A DNA stretch of 64,000 nt from Nannocystis pusilla (lineage in GTDB: Bacteria; Myxococcota_A; Polyangia; Nannocystales; Nannocystaceae), in NCBI RefSeq assembly GCF_049337375.1, contig NZ_JBMPIV010000001.1. The stretch is one strand, 5' to 3'. The translations under genes were made by a program, and so were the position numbers. The notes under the pieces were generated by a model. That model did not search any database. It was given only the letters and a program-made list of their open reading frames with translations, and was not told the origin of the DNA. Of the stretch, positions 59,234 to 64,000 are shown one piece after another; position 1 is the stretch's first letter; every line of letters begins with the position of its first letter.

Positions 59234-60739
59234 TCACTGCGGGAGGACGAGCTTGAGGCCCTGGCCCGTCATGTCCGAGTAGGTGTACGGATTGACGAGG
59301 CCGGTGACGACGAGCTTGATCTCGTAGGTGTCGGGGTCGACCTTGTAGGCCTTGTTGGCCTTGTCGACGACCCATACGTAGCCCTCGTTGTCGATGCTGA
59401 CGCCCCACGGCGAGCCGCAGTCGGGCAATGTGATGTTCTGGTTGGTCCAGGTCTTGGTGTCGCCGTCGAGCTCGATGAGGCGGCAGGGGCCGTTGGCGGC
59501 GCCCCACACCCGGTTCTCGTCGTCGACGGCGATGCCGAGCGCGCCGCCGCCGTTGTTGCCGCCGTTGCCCATGCCCTGCCACTGCTTGGCGACCGGATCG
59601 TAGAAGTACATGTGGTCGGTGCCCGAGAAGCTGCCGACCCACATGTTGCCGTTCTGGTCGACGCCCATGCCGTACTTGTACTGGCCGGGAGAGAGGCCGA
59701 GCTCCTCGATCTCGAGGGTGGCCGCGTCGATGCGGATCGAGACCTCGTTGTCGTAGCCGATGACGAACAGGTCGCCGGCGGAGTTGACGGCGCCGCCGTA
59801 GGGGCCGAACGTGTTGGTGGTCCAGCCGGGGCGCTGGACGTCGTCGAGGATCGCGCCGGTGTCGCCCTCGAGGCGCGCGAAGTGAGCGACGCCGTTCACG
59901 TCCTTGTAGCCGACCCACAGCCGCGGGACCGGGGTCTCGCAGGTGACGGGGTCCTGGGCCACGCCCTCCCACGCGGTCGGGCGCGCGCCGCCGTAATAAC
60001 CGTCGGCCAGCGGCAGCGCGGTGTGCCACACCACGCATTCGTCCTGACCCCACGGGCGAATGTCGCCAGGGCCGGTCGAGGTGTCGATCACGCCGTTGGC
60101 GTTCTTGTCGACGCACTTCTCCGGCAATGCCATGACCTTGGTGACGCTGCCCGGGTTGCGGTTGCTGACCGCGACGTCGCCGAACTGGTTGACGGAGGTG
60201 CGCGACGGCTCGCCGCTGCCCGGCACCGGGTTGGTGTAATAGCGGCCCTCCTCGACGCCCGTCATCGTGTTGATCTTCGAGACGGTGCCCTGGGTGGTGT
60301 TGGCGATCCAGATGTAATCGAAGGTGACGGGCTGATCGTCGGGCGGACAGACCGGCGGACCGCCCATGTCGAGCTTCATGCCGCCCGTGGTGGTGGTCGT
60401 GGCGGTGGTGGCGGTGCCGTCGGTGCCGGTCAGCGTGACGCCGTCGGTGGTGGTCGCGGTGGTCGTGCTGGTGGGCGCGGTGGTGGTGGGCGCGGTCGTT
60501 GTGGTGCCCTGGGTCTCGCCCTGCGTCCCGGTGCCGGTGGGTACGTCGCCCGAGGTCTCGGTCGCGGTGCCGGTGCCGGTGCCGGTCATCGTCCCGGCGG
60601 TACCGGTCGGGCTCGTGCCCTGGGTGGCGCTGCCGTCGCTCGTCGTGCTGCCGCCGGCGTCGCCGCATCCGTGGATCGCCGCGAGGGTGGCGAGGGTAAA
60701 TGCGGTGGCTTTCCAGCGAATACGAGGCGAACTACGCAT
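59234..60739 (-). CDS. lipoprotein with Thr/Gly-rich linker and beta-propeller-like repeat domain
   Basis: ATG at 60739; LATLAAIHGC; repeated G..W/Y..D blocks suggestive of a propeller; fold call tentative. Confidence 0.5.
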   Translation of the reverse strand: MRSSPRIRWKATAFTLATLAAIHGCGDAGGSTTSDGSATQGTSPTGTAGTMTGTGTGTATETSGDVPTGTGTQGETQGTTTTAPTTTAPTSTTTATTTDGVTLTGTDGTATTATTTTTGGMKLDMGGPPVCPPDDQPVTFDYIWIANTTQGTVSKINTMTGVEEGRYYTNPVPGSGEPSRTSVNQFGDVAVSNRNPGSVTKVMALPEKCVDKNANGVIDTSTGPGDIRPWGQDECVVWHTALPLADGYYGGARPTAWEGVAQDPVTCETPVPRLWVGYKDVNGVAHFARLEGDTGAILDDVQRPGWTTNTFGPYGGAVNSAGDLFVIGYDNEVSIRIDAATLEIEELGLSPGQYKYGMGVDQNGNMWVGSFSGTDHMYFYDPVAKQWQGMGNGGNNGGGALGIAVDDENRVWGAANGPCRLIELDGDTKTWTNQNITLPDCGSPWGVSIDNEGYVWVVDKANKAYKVDPDTYEIKLVVTGLVNPYTYSDMTGQGLKLVLPQ

Positions 60740-61012
60740 CGCTCGATAAGAGCAGAAACCCTCGATCGAGACAAGCGCGAGAGCGCTCGCAGGGCCTGCG
60801 GAGGGCCCAGGCAGGGGTTCACGGGCGCTGGCGAGACATGGGTCAGGGAAGTGCGCTGAGTGGCATCGGTGCTTCCCGTGCGCGAGACCGCGAGCGCGCC
60901 GGGATGCGTCGTCGGTGACGGCGACGAGAGCCGGACGCGGTCGCGCTCGAGAGGATGGTGCGAAGAGGGGTCGGCCGGCACGTCGCGTGCGTCGCCTGCC
61001 TGGCCGCACGGA

Positions 61013-62545
61013 TCAGCGCGGCGGGAACGGGAGGGTCCAGATGCCCGGCCTGGACGCCTCGAGGTCGAGGTACAGGAGCCCGACGCCCTCGACGAGCGCC
61101 GCCTCGCCTGTCCTTTCGACCAGGAGCTCGTAATCACCGGTGTCGGGGTCGACCAGCGCGTACTCGAACTCGTGCTTGATCTCGTCGTCGCTGATGTCGA
61201 GGCGCGAGAGGAGGCGGCCGTCCTCCAGGACGAGCCACTCGTCGCCCAGGCGCGGGATGACGGTGGTGGCCGCGCCCGAGGCCAGATCGACGGCGATTCG
61301 CCGCATGCTGCCGTCGGCGTTCGGGCGCTCGTAGTGCACGCGACCGCTGTCGTGGATCAGGCGGAACCGCCAGTCCGGCTCGGGGCCGCGGTAGACCTCG
61401 ACCATCGCGCCAGTCAGCGCGTTCCACACGGCGATCACGTGGTCCTCGGGATCGGGCACGACGAGCGCGAACCCGGGGTAACTCCCCTGAATGAAGGTTG
61501 AGGGGCCGACGTGGTCGGGGATCGCGAGGGGCTCGAGGGTGTCGAGGCGGTAGGCCTCGACGAAGCGAGAGTCGAGGCCGCGGAGCGCGAGCACCGTGGT
61601 GTCGGGGCCGGCCGCCACGCGCCAAAGGCCGGCGCCGGTCGTCGGACCGCGACCCCAGGATTCGGCCGCGAAGTCGTTGACGGTGACCTCGCGCTCCTCG
61701 CCGGTCTCGAGGTCGCGGATGCGCACGGGCTCGGACGTGTCGTCGCCCATGACCTGGTAGAGCAGGTGGAGGTGGCCGTCCGCGGTCCACACCGATTCGA
61801 TGTAGCGGGCGCCGTCGAGGACGTGCGCGGCCTCGCCGGTCTCGCGGTCGAAGGTGTCGACGCTGCCGTCGTCGCCGAGCATGAAGGCGAGGTTCTCGGC
61901 CTGGTAGTAACGGACGATGTCGTCGCCGATGAGCACGGTCGGCGTGTCGGGTTCGCCGCTGTGGAAGTAGTAGCGCGAGCGCGCGCCGCCGAGCCCCGCC
62001 ACGCCGTCGACCACCACGGGGTCCGGAGCTTGGGCGGTGACGGTGAATCCGTACATCATGCCGAAGTCGCCGCCGCGGAACGACACCGACAGCAGGGAGC
62101 CCTCGCTCGCCTGGGGCGGGGCGAATTCACCGGCTCGCCGGACCTCGTCGCGGCCGGGGACCTCGAGGCGATCGATCAGGTCCAGCGTGTAATCCCCGAA
62201 CTGATAGAGCACCGGGCCTTGCTTCGAATTGATCACCGAATAGGACGTGAACGAGGGGCTCTTCTCGGCGACGAACTCGGGGGCGCCGCCGCAGAGCGGG
62301 ACGAGGTCGAACCGGCCTTTTTGCCCCGCCTGGTCGAAGGAGTAGAGCAGGCGATTCTCGGTGACCCACATATTGACGCCGGAGGACGGCTCACGCGGGT
62401 CCCAACCGGCCGGGAGAGGCACGAGGAGGGACGGCTGGTCGAGCGCGCAACCACCCTCGGGCTGGTCCTCGAGCGGGCGATCGCCGCACGCGGAGAGGAA
62501 GAGGGTCGATACGGCGAATACGGCGGACAGGCTTCGAGTTGGCAT
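61013..62545 (-). CDS. hypothetical lipoprotein
   Basis: ATG at 62545; MPTRSLSAVFAVSTLFLSAC lipobox. Confidence 0.55.
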   Translation of the reverse strand: MPTRSLSAVFAVSTLFLSACGDRPLEDQPEGGCALDQPSLLVPLPAGWDPREPSSGVNMWVTENRLLYSFDQAGQKGRFDLVPLCGGAPEFVAEKSPSFTSYSVINSKQGPVLYQFGDYTLDLIDRLEVPGRDEVRRAGEFAPPQASEGSLLSVSFRGGDFGMMYGFTVTAQAPDPVVVDGVAGLGGARSRYYFHSGEPDTPTVLIGDDIVRYYQAENLAFMLGDDGSVDTFDRETGEAAHVLDGARYIESVWTADGHLHLLYQVMGDDTSEPVRIRDLETGEEREVTVNDFAAESWGRGPTTGAGLWRVAAGPDTTVLALRGLDSRFVEAYRLDTLEPLAIPDHVGPSTFIQGSYPGFALVVPDPEDHVIAVWNALTGAMVEVYRGPEPDWRFRLIHDSGRVHYERPNADGSMRRIAVDLASGAATTVIPRLGDEWLVLEDGRLLSRLDISDDEIKHEFEYALVDPDTGDYELLVERTGEAALVEGVGLLYLDLEASRPGIWTLPFPPR

Positions 62546-62843
62546 GAAGAGGGGCCCGACAAGGCTGCTCAAGCCTGGATCGACGGCGCAGGGTGTTCAA
62601 GGGCGGACCGGCGGTCGCGTGCAGACGCCCGGCGGCGGCCTTGCCCGGGGCCAGGACGCGGACCGGCAGGGTCGCCCCATCGGCGCGCGCTGGCGGCCTC
62701 GCGCGGGTGGGGCACCAGGGCGCACTCGCATGCCGGGGTCGGATTGCCACGGCGAGGTCGCCACCTCCCCTCAGGACGCGAGGTTCGCCTCGCTGCGAGG
62801 CGCGCTGTCCCTCACCCGCCTGGCGTGAACGCGCTCGGATGCT

Positions 62844-62986
62844 TCGGAGCGCGGGCCTGGGATGTCCGCGGGGACATGTCAAAACGAATGATCCGGAGCG
62901 CGCGGGCCGGGGATGTCCGCGAGGACATGTCACTCGAAGGATCCGGAGCGCAAGGACGGGGATGTCCGCGGGGACATGTCACTCGA
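62844..62986. repeat. three tandem ~50-bp units each containing hairpin GGATGTCC-gcgg-GGACATGTC; overlaps stop codon of upstream gene
   Basis: tccggagcgcgcgggcc(t/g)gggatgtccgcg(g/a)ggacatgtc(a)a/actcga repeated three times. Confidence 0.75.
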
Positions 62987-64000
62987 GGCGGCCGTGCCAG
63001 ATCGAGCGGTCGCCGACCTGGTACTGGCCGCACACGGCGAACTCGAGCGCGCCGGCCGGGGCGGGCTGGTAGGTCGGTGATTCGACGTAGATCGCGGACG
63101 GGGCGGCGAAGCCGGGGCCGGGGCTGGTGACGTCGACGATCTCTGCGCTCGCCCAGTCGACCGGCCCGCCGCGTCGGGTCGGCGCTCGCAGCAGCTGGAC
63201 GCCCTGGCCGCTGGCGCTGCCGCGCACGAGCCACAGGCGGTCGTCCGCGGGTCGGATGAAGCGAGCGCGGTAGGTGTCCGGGAACACGTGCAGCGGGGCG
63301 GTGTGCCCGGCCCAGCCGGCGCCGGCGGGGCGGTGGTAGTAGGCGATGAGGCCGTCGAAGTAGGCGAGCACGTGGGTGTCGCCGGCGTCGTCGTAAAACA
63401 GGTCGGCGCCGCTGCGGACCTGCGCGGCCGGATCGGGTGGCTCGAGGGACATGAACGTCGGGACCTGTCCCAAGGTGACGTCGGCGACCACCGCGGCGTA
63501 GGTGCCGTCGGGGTACTGGCCGGTGAAGGTCTGGCCGACCAGCGCCAGCTGGCCGCCGGGCGTGGCCATGGCGTGGACGTAGCCGAGGTCGTTGGCGCCG
63601 CCGAGGTCGACCTCGACCGGGCCGTTCCAGCCGCCGCCGAAGTTGTAGGTGTAGACCCAGCGACCGGGACCGCCGCCCTCGCCGACGACGGTAAACCACG
63701 CGACGCGGGCGCCGGGGCCGAGCACCGCGGCGCCGACGTAATTCGAGGCGGGCGGGGTGGTGTAGACCTGGCCGCTGACGAGCACCGCGTTGCAGGCGTG
63801 CACCGACGGATCGGCGGTGTCGAGGTAGCACTCCTCGAGGAAGTGCTGCTGGATGTTGACGCCGTAGGTGAGGATCGTCGAGCCGACCAGCACGCTGGCC
63901 GCGTTCTGCTGGATCACGTCGGTGTGCGGTTGCTCGGCGACGAGGCTCCACGCGGGCTCGCCGGCGCTGCGGCGGAAATAGCGGATCGTGCGGTTGTGGT
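62979..64000 (-). CDS. hypothetical protein, 5'-truncated by window end
   Basis: Good-composition frame ending ...IWHGRLE* at 62979; reading frame stays open to position 64000. Confidence 0.5.
   Translation of the reverse strand, partial: HNRTIRYFRRSAGEPAWSLVAEQPHTDVIQQNAASVLVGSTILTYGVNIQQHFLEECYLDTADPSVHACNAVLVSGQVYTTPPASNYVGAAVLGPGARVAWFTVVGEGGGPGRWVYTYNFGGGWNGPVEVDLGGANDLGYVHAMATPGGQLALVGQTFTGQYPDGTYAAVVADVTLGQVPTFMSLEPPDPAAQVRSGADLFYDDAGDTHVLAYFDGLIAYYHRPAGAGWAGHTAPLHVFPDTYRARFIRPADDRLWLVRGSASGQGVQLLRAPTRRGGPVDWASAEIVDVTSPGPGFAAPSAIYVESPTYQPAPAGALEFAVCGQYQVGDRSIWHGRLE

Overview
This is a very GC-rich (~70%) bacterial chromosomal window. Its gene content suggests a myxobacterium-like (Myxococcota-type) genome. 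That is inference only, based on three intact Hanks-type Ser/Thr kinases plus one fragment, many lipoproteins, an ECF sigma/anti-sigma pair and vWA proteins.

All calls below come from reading the supplied six-frame translations and the DNA itself. No database searches were run.

Supported content, start to end:
- Metabolic and regulatory genes at the start: a partial STPK (runs off the window start), guanine deaminase (guaD), an aldehyde dehydrogenase, and a divergent SDR/HxlR pair.
- A possible Roadblock/LC7 gene flanked by non-coding tandem repeats.
- A DUF1552/DUF1592 (CxxCH) gene pair.
- A 2H phosphoesterase and two lipoproteins, followed by an ECF sigma/anti-sigma/vWA lipoprotein operon and a divergent YfbK-like vWA protein.
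- A long minus-strand TonB-dependent uptake locus. It runs beta-helix lipoprotein -> TBDR with an N-terminal TonB_C-like domain -> lipoprotein -> ExbB-ExbD-TonB -> small lipoprotein -> two paralogous Cys-rich lipoproteins.
- An STPK, then a czcCBA-type heavy-metal RND efflux operon.
- gamma-glutamyltransferase, MTA phosphorylase and a PfkB kinase.
- A decayed genomic island of about 9 kb (41.8-50.7 kb). It holds a frameshifted integrase C-terminal remnant, a czcA 3' fragment, a CusRS/CzcRS-like two-component system, kinase and SprT-like gene fragments, low-GC hypothetical genes and two extremely acidic secreted proteins.
- A LysR/SgcJ pair.
- A 1.9-kaa STPK-AAA-GAF-histidine-kinase megaprotein translationally coupled to a single-domain response regulator.
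- Further lipoproteins to the window end.

The most unusual signal is a dispersed palindromic repeat family with core GGRCATGYCC (variants CTGTCC-N4-GGACAG). It is often arranged with a strict 14-bp period, giving hairpins with 10-bp stems. I count more than 25 sites in 64 kb. They sit at gene boundaries, and several overlap and encode the extreme C-termini of CDSs or lie inside CDSs.

Start codons are frequently non-ATG (GTG/TTG) in the ORF track. Start coordinates are my best choice from signal peptides and RBS context, and are less certain than stops.
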